DNA of 63,332 nucleotides, filler included, from Olpidium bornovanus S191 (Eukaryota; Fungi; Olpidiomycota): NCBI GenBank assembly GCA_017911155.1. It is 28 parts of 28 records of this genome, joined end to end, with 100 filler letters (N's around TTAATTAATTAA, not from the genome) between each part and the next. Parts side by side here need not be neighbours in the genome. Positions count along the whole stretch, not along the records: positions 1 to 4,167 come from JAEFCI010006871.1; positions 4,268 to 8,070 come from JAEFCI010000556.1; positions 8,171 to 9,699 come from JAEFCI010001318.1; positions 9,800 to 12,112 come from JAEFCI010001792.1; 24 more parts are not named here. One strand, 5' to 3'. Shown piece by piece: positions 1 to 12,112 of this stretch (position 1 is its first letter; each line of letters starts with the position of its first letter). The notes under the pieces were generated by a model. It saw only the letters and a program-made list of their open reading frames with translations, ran no database searches and was not told where the DNA came from. The position numbers and the translations under genes were made by a program.

Positions 1-618
1 CATGACCGAGGATTACAAAGATCGCTTGCGCGGTTTAGGGGAGACGGACAAGGAGCCCGTCCCCAGGTTCGAAGGCTTTTTTCTGCTTCACGTATTTCAG
101 CAGAGGGACTTCCGGTCATCGTACGGCTTCCTCCAACTTCCGAATTTCTTCGAAGAAGCCGTCCCATCCGGCTTGTCAAAAAGAGGGGATATGTATCCCA
201 GAGACTTCCCGCCTGACTGTGTCGTGCGCTACAGAGTGCCTCGCCCTCGGCAACGTCATCACCCTTTTTTCAGATATTGAATTTATCGTTTGGAGCGGAG
301 GCGGTGGGGAGAGTGGGGGCAGAGGGTTTTGCGACTTCGGTATGCGTTTTCGTCAGTGTCAGTTGAGGGCTGGGATGCGTCAGCACATCTGCTATATTCA
401 GTGCGTCAGCAATTGCAGATCTCAAGAAACGGGGCGGATTGGGAGGGAATGGGCGGGAAAGGGGAGGGGAGGGCGACCAAGGATAAAACTCGCGCGATCG
501 CCCCTTTCCTTCTTCCGCCCCCCCCACCCCCCCCTCCCCCTCTCCCGGCTTCGCTTGTGCAAACCCCCGCGGCCCCGCGCGCGCCAGGTAACACCGCTGG
601 CAAAACTGATTGTTCTTT

Positions 619-2535
619 TTAATCGTCGTCGTCATCGGCGAACACGAATTTCTTGCCAGCGAACGGCACTACCGCGGCGCTCGCGGGCTTCTGCGCGATG
701 TCGTCCCCAGGCTCTTTCTTCCTCCGCGGGTCAGGAACACCCAGCGGCCGGTCCTCGAACGAGTCCGGGCCCGCCCGAGCGCGGCGCTCCTTCTTGACGG
801 GAGCGGCGCGGGCTCCGCCCCTTTCGTTCCCGCCGCCGCCCTTCTCGTTCCTGCCCGGACCGGCTTCTTCGCCCGCAGCGGCGGCGGCGGCCTCGCCCCG
901 TTTTTTCCACGGGGTACCCTTGAGCGTCGCATCCTCCCCGGCGTACTCCACTCGCAGAAGCCGCCCGTTCAAGTACGGCTTCGGATGCCGCGCTAGTGCG
1001 GCCGCCGAATGGTCCGCGGTGTCAAAATCGAGGTATGCAAAGCTGCGTGCGTGAGGAACGCAACGAACTCCGATTAGCCATGCTCTCGCAGCCAGAGGGC
1101 ATCATCGGCGCGGGCCATTCCAATCAATAACTTGGTAGCGCACCCCTTGCAGTTCCCCGAGTCCTCGAAAGTAGGCATGCGCACTTTCCGAAGACCCTCG
1201 CATTTGGCGAAGTATCGGTGTACACTATCCTCGGTCGTGCCAAATGATAGGTTACCAATGAACAACGTTGTCGAAACCTTCCGCTTCCCGATGGAACCGC
1301 CTCCTCCAGAGGCTCCAGAGGCGGAAGAGGGGGTGGCTGCCTGCAGGGACGGTCGTCCCTCAAAACTCTTGGCGTCCTTGATGAGCAGCTTCCGGCCGCC
1401 CAATTCTCGTTCGCTGAGACTGATGCCAGCGTCGCGGGCTTTTTCGGTGGCAAAATCGATGTACGCAAACCTGACAAGACACACATTTGCGTCGCCGACA
1501 ACAAAACGCGAAAAGAAAAGACGAAAGGCCGGTCAAGACATACTGTTCGTTCCTGGTGGTGTGCGGCCACTTAAAAGAGCGAAATTGCGGGACCCGCCTT
1601 GTTGTTCAAAATACAACCAAGAAAAGGCAAAATGCGGAAGCATCATCGTACCCTTTGTTCGTTTTGGTCTTCGTGTCGCTGACCGGCATATTTACTCTTG
1701 CAACCTCGCCGCAGTCTTTGAAGAAGTTGCGCAGGGTTGCCTCGGTGGTAGCGAAGGGCAGATTCCCGACCCACACGCCGTACGGCGTCCGCTTTGACTG
1801 AGGAATTCCGCTCTTCCCTCCGGTGGCACCCTTCTTCTTCTTTGTAATCGCCGTAGTCTTATTCGTCTTCTTCACCTTGCGGTCTGCAGCGGCTCCAGCA
1901 TCCTTGTCCACCGAGTCGTCTGAGCCACTTTCCTCGGTTGATTTGTCAGCCGCACTCCGGGTATCATCAGGAGATTCCGCAGCGTCCGCAAGCAGGTCCT
2001 CCAAGTCGTCTTCGGCGCCCTTCCCGTCCCGTTTCCGCTTCAGGGCGCGCTCGGCCTTCCGCGACCTTTTTTCTTTCTTCAGGGCTGCTTTAGACAAGCC
2101 GCCCGCACTCGCGGCCTCCAGCCTGCCGGTCTTCGCCTTCTTGCGTGTTTCCTTCGCCTCGCTCGCGTCTGCTCCGCCGCCGTCCTCTGCGTCGCGGATA
2201 CGTTGCTTCCGCTTTTTCGCCCTGCCCGCCGCCACGTCTGCCGGCCTGTACCAGGCGTCCACGTCAAACGGCTCGTCCGCGGCGGCGGCAGTGCCGCTGT
2301 TCGATGCATTCGGGCCGGCGTTCCCGGCGTCCGCGTCGGCGGCCGCCGGCTCCGCCGGCGTGCCTGCAGACCTTGATAGTGCTCCGCCAGCGCTCGCTCT
2401 TCCCCGGCCATCCGCTGCCGCCGCGGGCCGCGGCTCTTTTTTTGTCGGTCCTGGCATAACGACTTCCGTAACCGGAATCGTCGCACGTTCCGCCGTTTGC
2501 CTCTCTCCGTCGTTCGCCCGCTGGGAGAGCGGCAA
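619..2535 (-). CDS. NOP13: Nucleolar 3-RRM RNA-binding protein (Nop13/Rnp24-like); exons approx. 2535-1652, 1470-1144, 1042-619
   Basis: Lys-rich N-terminus, then three RRMs (GVWVGNLPFATTE...NKG|FAYIDF; TLFIGNLSFGTTE...GNCKG|FAYLDF; LNGRLLRVEY) and an acidic KKFVFADDDDD end. GT-AG introns at 1651-1471 and 1143-1043 join the RNP1 motifs in frame. The true start may be the later Met near 2456. Confidence 0.8.
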
Positions 2536-2679
2536 AAAGCACTAGCCAAAGAGGTCACGTGGTCTTCTATTAACCGCATAGCATTTAGCATTAAGCATTA
2601 CTTTCGGAGCTTTGGCAAGAGGCATTCTGTACTCGCTCGCGGCCTCTGCTCTCGCTGCCCGTCGCCGCGGCGGTCAATA

Positions 2680-4090
2680 CGTCCTCGAGAACGACCCGGC
2701 GACGCTTTGGAAAGCACTTGCTGGACCTTTTAACAACCAGCAGATCTTGCTTTTGCCGTGCGCACGGGAGTCTTGGATGACCCTACGCATTTTGGACTTC
2801 CCATCGCCCCCCGCCTCCAAGAAATTGTCGCCCGGCTGCGCTTCTGGTGAGTCCGTAACAGAGGTGCAAATGATCCAGAAGACCTTACCTACCATGCCGG
2901 TAGCCTTGGCCGTGCGTGCGCAGCAAGTGCATCAAGGCCTTCCAGGGTTATGATGCGCTCATGACTCACTTCTGCCTGGCGGAGAGGAACCACGAGCTTT
3001 TGCTTACCAATGTGGAACGCCGTCCTGCGAGGGCGGCGGCCCAGAGGGAGGCTCACCTCGTTGCTGAGTGCAACAAAGGCAAGGGAACCGGGCGGATCAA
3101 GAAGGGCAAGGGCGAGACTTAAAGTAAGGGAAAGGGGAAGGAAGTTGCCAGACCTGAGAGGGAGGTGACTACGGGGGGTGCTCAGAAACATGCCCAGCAC
3201 ATTGAGGGTGGTCCCTGCAACCAGTGCGGGCTCGCCAGTCACCTTGCGCAGGCATGCCAGGGCCCCACCCTACCTCATCCAAATTTACAAGGAGCTGGCC
3301 GAATTCAGGAAAGTGGCCGCGAGCCATGAGTCCCACGGGGTGTCCGTGGACTCAATTCCTGAGGAATCCATGAATGCGCCCATGGATTCATACGAACACA
3401 AGTCGATGGCCACCCTATCTGGGACCAATGACGGTGTGACTGTGGATAATGCTTTGTTTAATTGTGCAACAACGCACACAATTTTAAAAAACTGAGTGCT
3501 TTTTTTTTCTAAACCACCTCTCTGGCTGGATTCTGAAAAAAATTCTCTGACCAGGTGTCCGGGACGAATGCGTTTTGTTCACAGGACGGACCGGACCGAG
3601 TCGTCCTACCTGAGCGGACGGTGCTCAATTGCGAGCTGGCAATGTTTTGTTCCGCCGGAATTTGCTGTCCTTCGCGGACATCCGGAGAAATGGCGACAAT
3701 ATAGCAGCCGCAGATGTTGCGGGGCGCAACACCGTTACCATTGCAGACCAGCAGAATAGAATCACGGAGACTGATTTTCCCATTGAAAAATGGCCTCTAT
3801 CTCACGCAGATTTTTTTCGTCCCCGGAGTATCCTCTTTTGTGACCTCTGCTTCTGATGGGTAACCTTTGGCATAAACGCCTAGGTCATCCAGGGATGACA
3901 ATGATACAGAAACCGATTCCTAGCCTGTGTGGCCATACCGAAAAGCCAAAAGATGCGACCACGGTGAGAAATCCATGCAATGCGTACGCCCGAAGGAAGC
4001 TGATTTCACGCCCATTTCTCTGGAAACTTCCTAATGAAATTTCAACCATGTTCTAGAGACTACACGGCGATATCTGCGGCCCAATTACTT
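2680..4090 (+). mobile_element. Degenerate Ty1/copia retrotransposon (gag-protease-integrase start), Bianca-like motifs
   Basis: Gag ENDPATLWKAL..., ESVTEVQMIQKTLPTMP and YDALMTHFCLAERNHELLLTNVERRP; protease NCATTHTILKN (DSATTHTIL-type); pre-integrase LWHKRLGHPG (about 3865); integrase start F*RLHGDICGPI (4051-4086). Broken by frameshifts and stops. Confidence 0.8.
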
Positions 4091-4167
4091 CCACACTGCA
4101 ATACTGTAACAGTATCACATAGGATGTAATTATATCAGTTCAAATCTAATTCAGTTCTCCCTCAAGG

Positions 4168-4267
4168 NNNNNNNNNNNNNNNNNNNNNNNNNNNNNNNNN
4201 NNNNNNNNNNNTTAATTAATTAANNNNNNNNNNNNNNNNNNNNNNNNNNNNNNNNNNNNNNNNNNNN
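4168..4267. other. Artificial contig linker N44-TTAATTAATTAA-N44 (first of 27)
   Basis: Identical 100-nt blocks at 4168, 8071, 9700, 12113, 14923, 16488, 19437, 24272, 25813, 28486, 29754, 32126, 34460, 35676, 37035, 38683, 40021, 42546, 44206, 45447, 46578, 47834, 53259, 57053, 58247, 60175 and 61285. The core has stops in all six frames, typical of pseudomolecule concatenation. Confidence 0.99.
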
Positions 4268-4379
4268 CATGATATGAAGCGCCTGCGTCCAAAACCCATT
4301 CGTTGTCGGCGGCTGAAAAGCACGGCATCCTCGTCGCTGCCACTTCTACGCACGAGATGTGCGCTATCCGTGTCCTTTC

Positions 4380-5415
4380 GAGCTCCTACAACACGCACTG
4401 CCAGTGGCCCCTGTCCTCGCCTTTTTCAACCCGGACCATTTTAACGACTGTCGACGTTGACGCGTCGGCATATGCAGCGGGCGGTTGGAAGGTTATAAAT
4501 CATTACCACCTAAATGGAGGATAGATAACGCGCACCCGGCAACCCCGAATCGGCGAACCGTCCCATCCTGTACTACAGCCGCAAGCTCCGGGGCGGGAGA
4601 CGTACCCCACGAAAGGAAGAATGTGACAGGGAGCTCAATCATTCGACACATGAGCGGGAGCTCCTCGCTCTGATGAAACTTCTACGTGTCGGTCACCCCA
4701 TACCTGGAGAGACGCCCGGTGGCAGTCAAGACCAATCACTTCGCACTTAAATGGCTGCAGACTCAACCCCGCCGCTCCCTCCGTCAGGCTGCTTCGGTGG
4801 AGAAAGCTTAGTCATTTGATCTCTCTATTGAATATATCCCAGGCCACCTCAACAAGGTCGCAGACATTCTCTCACGGCGAGCAGATTACATGCCACACTG
4901 CCCTCGTTGCCAATGACACATCCAGAACGACGCGGACACCCCGAGCATCTCCACCTTGGAAGTTCGACCTCCGGGGTTTGGAAATACGCCCTCTTAATTC
5001 GGAAATTCCCCCTCAGGATTTCATTCCTCCACTGAGCGACGCATAGCCACAGGGAAATCCTCCACCGACTTCGCACAGGCCACACTCACCATGGCTACTC
5101 TGAAGCCGCGGGCGATTCCTTACGCTATAAAGGCCGTGTTTACGTACCCCACGGGTCAAAACGTTTCGAGCTCATTCGCGCAGTCCACGGTGGCGCCCTC
5201 CACTCCGGAAGGAAACGCGCCATCACAGCTTAGCCCGGTTTTACCATTGGCCGGGCTTGGGACACGACGTCGAACATTGGATCTCTTCCTGCGACCAATG
5301 CCAGCAAAAACCTTGTTTCCGCGGTCGGCTGTGTCTACGACCGCTAACTGTCCCCTCGGACCGTTTTACCTCCATTTCGGTCGACTTTTTCAAGGCCCCA
5401 CGCCCGCAGGATGGA
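4380..5415 (+). mobile_element. Degenerate Ty3/gypsy pol fragment (RNase H and integrase N-terminus)
   Basis: PVLAFFNPD, DASAYAAG, YLERRPVAVKTNHFALKWLQTQP, FDLSIEYIPGHLNKVADILSR, then integrase zinc-finger end CDQCQQ and RFTSISVDF. Multiple frameshifts. Confidence 0.85.
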
Positions 5416-6539
5416 CTTAACGGGAAGCTTGACAAAGAAATTTTTATGGAACGGCCAGAAGGTTTTTTCGCCACTGACGTGACCCAAGTCTGCAGGCTAA
5501 AGCGCTCCTTTTATGGATTGAAGCAGAGCGGCAGGGTCTAAAACCATCGCCTGCATAAAAAGCTCATCTTTCTCGGATTGGAAAGATTGCCGTCAGAGCC
5601 ATGTATCTACATCCTCTGAAAAGGATCAGACACGAAGCTTATCGTCGCCGTCTACGTCGACGACATCCGTCTCACTGGACCGGACAAAGAGGCGGCTGTA
5701 ACCCTCAAAGAGTTACTCGCGAGTAAATTCCGAGCGACTCCAACCCCGTAGCAACACCGATGGAAAAGGTGGACCATGGAAAGCCTCCAACACGAAACCG
5801 AAGCAGAAAAACCAGGCACGGTATGCTGAAGCGATCGGATCACTCCTTTGGATCGCCACCATGACACGCCCAGACATCGCATTCGCAGCCTCTTTTCTGA
5901 CAAGGTTCACGGCAGCGCCAATGATTAGGCACCGGGGCAGCCGCCAAGCGAGTATTCCGCTACATACGCGGGACGACCGATTCTGGCATCACTTTCCAGG
6001 GGCGGGGACGAACACTCGGACGAAATCGTCACCCCACTGCGACGCGGACTTGGGCCGGGCGCCGCGAAACGCGCTCGTCCACAACAGGGTTCATCTTCTC
6101 GTCCGGGAGGAGTCCCATATCATGGCGATCTGCACGACAGAAGTGCGTGGCAACATCCTCGTGTGAAGCCGAGTTTGCGTCGGGATCGGCCGCCGCACAG
6201 GAAACACAACGGCTACGGTCGATCATGGGCCAGATAGCCGAAAAGGTAATAAAGAACCCGACGAGGTTCCGAATTGACAATATGGGTGCCGCAGAATTGG
6301 CCAGCGGCTCGAGAGCCTCGTCGAGATCAAAACACATCGACATCCGTTACCGTCACCTCAGGCGATGCGCCGCGGATAAAATAATCCAGATAGAGCGCGT
6401 CGCCTCTGAGGAAAATCCCGCGGACATATTGACCAAGGCCTTGGACAAAGAAAAATTCGCCAAGTTCGGGGACATGATCGGTGTGGGGCCCGTCGGGGCC
6501 ATTAGCCGCCCGGGAGGTCAAGAGACAACGGCAAAGTAA
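5416..6539 (+). mobile_element. Degenerate Ty1/copia reverse transcriptase-RNase H
   Basis: LNGKLDKEIFMERPEGF, CRLKRSFYGLKQSGR, VAVYVDD (5653-5664), TRPDIAFA, CEAEF, IDNMGA, SKHIDIRYRHLR, SEENPADILTKAL. Confidence 0.92.
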
Positions 6540-6673
6540 GGCTACCACAAGCTCAGGACGCGCGAGCGCGAATGGGAAGGCCAAACGAGAAACCGCCCAA
6601 GGGGGAAGAACCACGAGGTAAAATAACAGGCGGTCATATAGATTAGAATGACCATGGGCTTAGTGCGCCCAGT

Positions 6674-7058
6674 GAGGCGGGGTGTTAAAATAAAGGGGGA
6701 GAATAAAGGGGGAAGATAAGGCAAAGAGGGATAAGGAAGCGGGGAAACTGAGCAGAGAACGCACTGCGCGCACCAACCCCCTGTTGCCACTTTGTATATT
6801 CCTTAGATCTCTGCTTTACAAAATAGGCCTCGCGACGCTAGGGAAACGATGCTACGAATACAGATTCCCTCCTACTCTTCTTCTCTCAAGCTCACCGCGT
6901 CTCCGTCCGCGGGCTCTCGGGGTTATCCTTCGGCTCTATCTGCAATATTTCTCCTTTCGGCCCGCCCCCGAGCCGAGCGGGAAGGGGCTGATCGCCGAAC
7001 GCGCGCGTGCTGTCCGCGGGGGGCGGGTTGCTCCATTCGTTATTTAGCTTGTATTACA
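6674..7058 (+). mobile_element. Polypurine tract and probable 3' LTR of the copia element
   Basis: GAGGCGGGG followed by TGTTAAAA at 6683, 144 nt after the pol stop. The same PPT/LTR-start signature (GGCGGGG-TGTTAAAA) follows a copia RNase H at 27619 on the minus strand. LTR end is uncertain (TTACA at 6820 or 7058). Confidence 0.55.
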
Positions 7059-7081
7059 CGGATGGAATCTCAAAAAGAAAA

Positions 7082-7541
7082 TACAGTCTTCCCTCTGATA
7101 CGGAACCCTCCAGTACGGAATATCCTCGGCAACAGAATGGGATATCATTTCCACCGGCCCTGTTCTATGGTCACTACGGAATACGGAAAACGGAACACCC
7201 AAAATGCCACATATTCCATACTAGATGCAAAAACGTTAATTAGAAGAGAAGAAAACTACTGAAGTTAGTAGTCTCGGTGGTGCTAGCAGTACGGTGACCA
7301 AATTGAAGTTGCCGAAGGGCACGATGAACTACACGATGATCCGCACGAGAAAGATCAAAAAGAGAATTGGTGAGATTGAGACCATTCGGCTTATCTGATA
7401 AGCCATGAAGTACCTTTCCACCTGCTCCTCCACTGCAGAACCTTCCTGCTCTTCTTCTAGTTCTTGGACAAACTTCATGATCTCGGCGTCCGTTAGCTCC
7501 ACGTGTGCTGACTCCTTCGACCGGGTTAAGGAGTTATACAA
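7082..7541 (-). mobile_element. Possible pogo/Tigger-type DNA transposon end with transposase C-terminal remnant
   Basis: TA followed by CAGTCTTCCCTCTGATACGGAA at 7082 resembles pogo-family TIR starts. Minus-strand ORF HVELTDAEIMKFVQELEEEQE resembles the acidic pogo C-terminus. Second TIR not seen. Confidence 0.3.
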
Positions 7542-8170
7542 GCGACATTGGGTTCCGAAGCCGAAGGCATTCTAAAGCTGCTTCCAGTTCCTGATCCGCC
7601 AACTGCTCGTCCATTGAGCCAGCTTCCTCCTGAACAGCTGTACCGGTTCCAGCTTCCTGCCTTTTCAGCCATCCATGAATCCAGTGTGGTGGAAGCAGTG
7701 CTTGATGGTGGGAGCAGTTCGTTATTACGCGAGGTCCCCTCCCTCCTTCGTCTCCCCGGAATTCTGGCGCGGCGTCCTTGGGCGCCATCAAGGATCATAT
7801 CAACTTGGCGGGACTGACCGTGGACTTCATCGCCGAGAACTTCGAAAACCCTCCCTCCCCGGACGAAATGGGGAGCGCAACGGTTGTCGCGGCTTCCGCC
7901 TCCGGCAACGTAATCATCGGCGATGAGCATTATTTTGCCAGGGCCCCCTCTGAGAGATTTGCTAGAGTCGGAAGGTGCGGCGGAGGAGAAGGTTGATGTC
8001 ACGGCACTGCCGGGCGTCTCCTTAAAATCCAAAACGGAGAACTTCGAGATTGACCCAATCGGCCGGGCCGNNNNNNNNNNNNNNNNNNNNNNNNNNNNNN
8101 NNNNNNNNNNNNNNTTAATTAATTAANNNNNNNNNNNNNNNNNNNNNNNNNNNNNNNNNNNNNNNNNNNN

Positions 8171-9560
8171 CATGGGCTCGATGATCAGAGACGAACACGT
8201 CTCGACGCCCGCACCACTGGCCGTGGCGTCCCGTTTGCGGAACGAAAATGCCGCCTGGCCCGAACCCGCGTCGTGATCAATGATGTTTTCTTCCGAGGCC
8301 AGCGGCCGTCTGAGAACGATGCGCAGAAGCCGCGGATGATTCAGCCGGGAGTCCACAATGGCAAGTCACTTGCTACCATTCATCGCGCACGCCATTAGTG
8401 CTCACCTGCACTTCCGGCACCGCACCATTCGCGACCTAGTGGTCCTTACTTTGGCCGTTTGCGGATCCGCGGCCAGGGTCATATTTTCGATGTACCCATT
8501 TTCTGTAATTGAAAAACATTTTAAGATCAACGTTTTATACAGGTCGTGGATTTCGGGTCAGAGTCGACCAGCAACAATTCACACACTTCTTCGCTCCTCC
8601 GCCATGCACTGCATTATGAACCGCCTGTAGGGCATGTGCTCAGTGTTGACGTCATATCCTATGTCATGGTATATTTGCAGCTGTTGCAGGAAGCCGTCAT
8701 TGGGGCTGTGGCTGCTTGCATCAGCGCCGAAAGAGTCGCCAATCGTCCTCAAACGTAGCAGCACATGAGTCGTGAAAGTCGAAAACGGCGTTTACCTTGC
8801 CCCCGGACGGTTGGCGCGGATGATGTCGAGCGCCGCCGCCACATCAAGGCCTCGTGATTGCATAAGGTACGCCGCCGCCACGGTCGTACAGCGGGAAATT
8901 CCCGCAGCACTGCAAAACCACGCAGTTAACATTCACATGGATAGCAAACATTTCCAAGTACCAAGGAAGTTGCTTCACCTACCAGTAGATTAAAACCCGT
9001 CCGGAATTTTCCAACCAGCCGGCGATTAGTCTGTTGCACTGTGGAAAGTGCATCATAATATTGGTGTGTTCATCATCATCAACGTTCAGCATGTGTGAGG
9101 CAATAATCTGTAAAAACGACGACAGAACAACTGTCAACGTTTTAGGCATTCAAAGTTTTGTGGGTGCCCGATGAGTGAGGAGCCGCCAACGTGCATTTTC
9201 CGCAGTAAGCGGTGGCCCACCGCCGACCGACAGCAGGTGCGATATCCGGTGCTCATGCAAAACCTCGACATAAGTGGCTTCTCGCAGACTAAAAAGCGAG
9301 GAGCCGGTTTTCAGGACAATCACGAGTTTACGAGGCGTCGGGAAGGCGGAGAGGAGCGAAGTGTGACGTCAAGCAAGAGAAAAAGCGGCGCGAGCGTGAA
9401 CGCCGCGCGTCCCTCCCGCCTGGCCTGGCTTTCAGGTTTCTCTGGAGACGCCGGCCTCGCTCCCACACCCAGCGACGGCCGGCCGCGTCCCGTCACCTTC
9501 CGAGCAGCAACCCTGGCGCGAACTCCGCGACGGCGCTGGTGGCGGCGGGGGCGGCTTCTG
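8171..9560 (-). CDS. YVH1: Dual-specificity phosphatase with C-terminal zinc-binding domain (Yvh1/DUSP12), multi-exon, 3'-truncated
   Basis: Spliced translation: AEFAPGLLLG; LHEHRISHLLSV; NVDDDEHTNIMMHFPQCNRLI; VLIYC|AAGISRCTTVAAAYLM; PNDGFLQQLQIY; RCRKCR|RPLASEENIIDH; CSSLIIEPM. Confidence 0.88.
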
Positions 9561-9638
9561 TCTGGTCCATTCTGTTGGCGGACGAAAGGGGGTGCCGCCG
9601 CCAGGAGGTGTGCCCGCCCGCGCCAGGGGGAATTTGAA

Positions 9639-9684
<46 letters not shown>

Positions 9685-9885
9685 CGCGGCGGCGGGGGGN
9701 NNNNNNNNNNNNNNNNNNNNNNNNNNNNNNNNNNNNNNNNNNNTTAATTAATTAANNNNNNNNNNNNNNNNNNNNNNNNNNNNNNNNNNNNNNNNNNNNC
9801 GCATTATCGCATACTTGAGCTGGTGGCGTGAAAAGGGGGGTGGGGGAGGCGAGGGGGAAGGGCCTGGCGTTGCCCCCTTGGGAAT

Positions 9886-11875
9886 TTACTGCTCGTTGGA
9901 GTCATCCAGCTCCGACATGCATTCCCACTCCCCGAGGAGGTTCTCCTTCCACAGCGTGACCTTGTTATCCCCGCATGAAACGGCCAGGATGTTTCCAGCA
10001 AGCGACCAACTCACCCGCCAAACGGCGTCCGCAAACTTCTCAGTAAGCGGCTTCTTCAACCAAGGGCCGCGCGGTTGCTCCTGAGTCCATATGACGACGG
10101 TTTTATCCTGCGAGGTCACCCGAGTGGGATCCGCACCGGCGAATGTCACGGCAGGAGCGATGAATGGGGCGTTTCATCCGTAGCCCGCACGCGAAAAAAA
10201 AAAAAAAAAAAACAGGCGCAGAAATGGATGGCGGAAATCGCCCACCTGCGAGCAGCTGGCAAGGTAGCTCTTCGGCAGACCGATGCTGGGAGCCCAGGCT
10301 AGGTCCCGGACCCAGTCAGCGTGACCCTCCAGGACGTCGTCCTCCGCCCATTTCTTCGTGTCTTCGTTCCAGGACCAGATCTTGACGGCGTTGTCGCACC
10401 CGCCGGTGGCCAAGCGGAGTGACCCTGTGGGAGGGGCGGGGCTGGCCTGCAGCAGACTTCCCGGCCCTGCAGCAGGGGCCCAAGTGACGGCATTGCAGCC
10501 GATGGCATGAGCGTCAAAGATTTGTGTGTCCCACGTTCCATCATCTGCAACAAAAGAAAAAACGAGAAAAATACGAAGAGCAGTTGAATATCAAAAAGGT
10601 TTAAGAACACGTAAGCGTCGTGGGGTTGCAAGCGGCCACCATCAGGAACCAGGGTTCTGCACTCGTTGTCCCAATGGCTGGGGGGAATGGTGGGGAGGTT
10701 TTTACCTTTGTAACTCAGGATCGAAACCTTCCCGTCTGACGACCCGCACGCCAGGTGTGGTCCAAACTCGTGAGGCGCCCACTGGATCGAGTTCACTAGA
10801 GTGCAAGTGTAGAAACGTAACGATCAGGTCGGAAAGATGAGGGGGGAGGGAAGCGACGCCTATCAACGTGAGGCGCCGTTTGCTTAGCGGCCTTTTCCTG
10901 GCGCCTGGGACGAGAGGTAGCCGGAAATAAAAAGAGTTCCGCAATTCGAAACACGATACCTGACGCAGTGTGAACGTTGTGCTCCTTGATGTTCACGAAC
11001 TTTTCCCCATCCTGCTTCCAAATGATGACGCGCCCGTCGTAGGAGCACGAGGCCAGGATGACTCCAAACCTGGGATGGGCCCACGAGACCTGCCAGACGG
11101 GCCCCTCGTGGCTGCCAGGCGCCGAATGAAAAGCGCAGGGGGAGCACTTTTCAACCCACCGCCCCAGCGGGTACGAACACGCCGTCCACACACCGCGATT
11201 CGGGTTCCTGCCGGGAACGCCAAAGCAATGGGGGAAGCGCCGGCGGGCTCCACCCTTCCCCCCCCACTCTCCCCCCCGCTTCTCACACAGCAGCAGAGAT
11301 CCGCGGGGTACAGAACGGAAGGGGAGGGCAGAAAGGCGGAGCCAGCCGAAGGCGGGGGGGGACGAAAGGGAGGAGGCGGGCGCCGGCGGAGCGTCTTCCG
11401 ATCGCCCTCCGGACTTTCCCCGGAAACCCACCCTTTCAGCTGGTCCAGCTGGGAGTGCGTGTCGCCATCGACGGCAAACACGCGAATTGTGCGGTCGGAG
11501 GAGCACGTCGCCAGCTTCTTCCCGTAGTAGTCCAGCTGCGCATCGTGCTGAAAAAAAGGCCCCGCACGGGGCGAAAGGGAGGACACGCGAGGGGCGTGAG
11601 CGGTGGCGGTGGGGGAGCCTGGGGCCCGGCCCCGGTCGCTTTCTCCGCCGGCCGAATAAGCGGCAAGGCGGGGGGGGGGGGGGGGGGAAGGGGCGCCTCT
11701 TCCTCCTTTCACTTACTCACCAGCATGTCCTCATGCTGGGTGTCGAACTTAAGCTTCTGGTTGACCTGCGCGCGTGTGTGGAAAGCACGTTGGAGAGTTC
11801 ACAACAGAGGGGTTTTTTTTTCGCCGTCATGATTGCTGTCTCTCTTCGCCAACACGCGACCACGGCCCCCACCAT
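9886..11875 (-). CDS. SEC13: COPII/nucleoporin WD40 protein Sec13 (complete, about 7 exons)
   Basis: M|[15 protein letters not shown]|[86 protein letters not shown]|[31 protein letters not shown]. Confidence 0.97.
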
Positions 11876-11953
11876 GGCTTTTCTTCTCGGGCAACAGCAG
11901 GGGCGGGAGTCGTGCGGGGCGGGAGTGGTGGTGACTAGCGTCGGGACGAGGGG

Positions 11954-12000
<47 letters not shown>

Positions 12001-12014
12001 GGGTTTTTCCCCGG

Positions 12015-12112
<98 letters not shown>

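Noticed and set aside
2-280. 92-aa ORF at the window start
   Set aside because: Starts at the edge CATG, no recognisable motif, no supported splice model on either strand.
4212-4223. TTAATTAATTAA repeated 27 times as a biological dispersed repeat
   Set aside because: Always centred in exactly 44+44 Ns; it is an assembly linker. ORFs ending in X...LIN or X...N are artefacts.
7778-8070. Purine nucleoside phosphorylase-like IKDHINLAGL
   Set aside because: Only one short motif; flanking residues do not follow PNP and both strands give equally weak ORFs.
11960-12112. Poly(A) tail of a retrocopy or LINE
   Set aside because: It lies upstream of SEC13 at a contig end, with no adjacent retro-sequence or TSD; likely a low-complexity assembly break.
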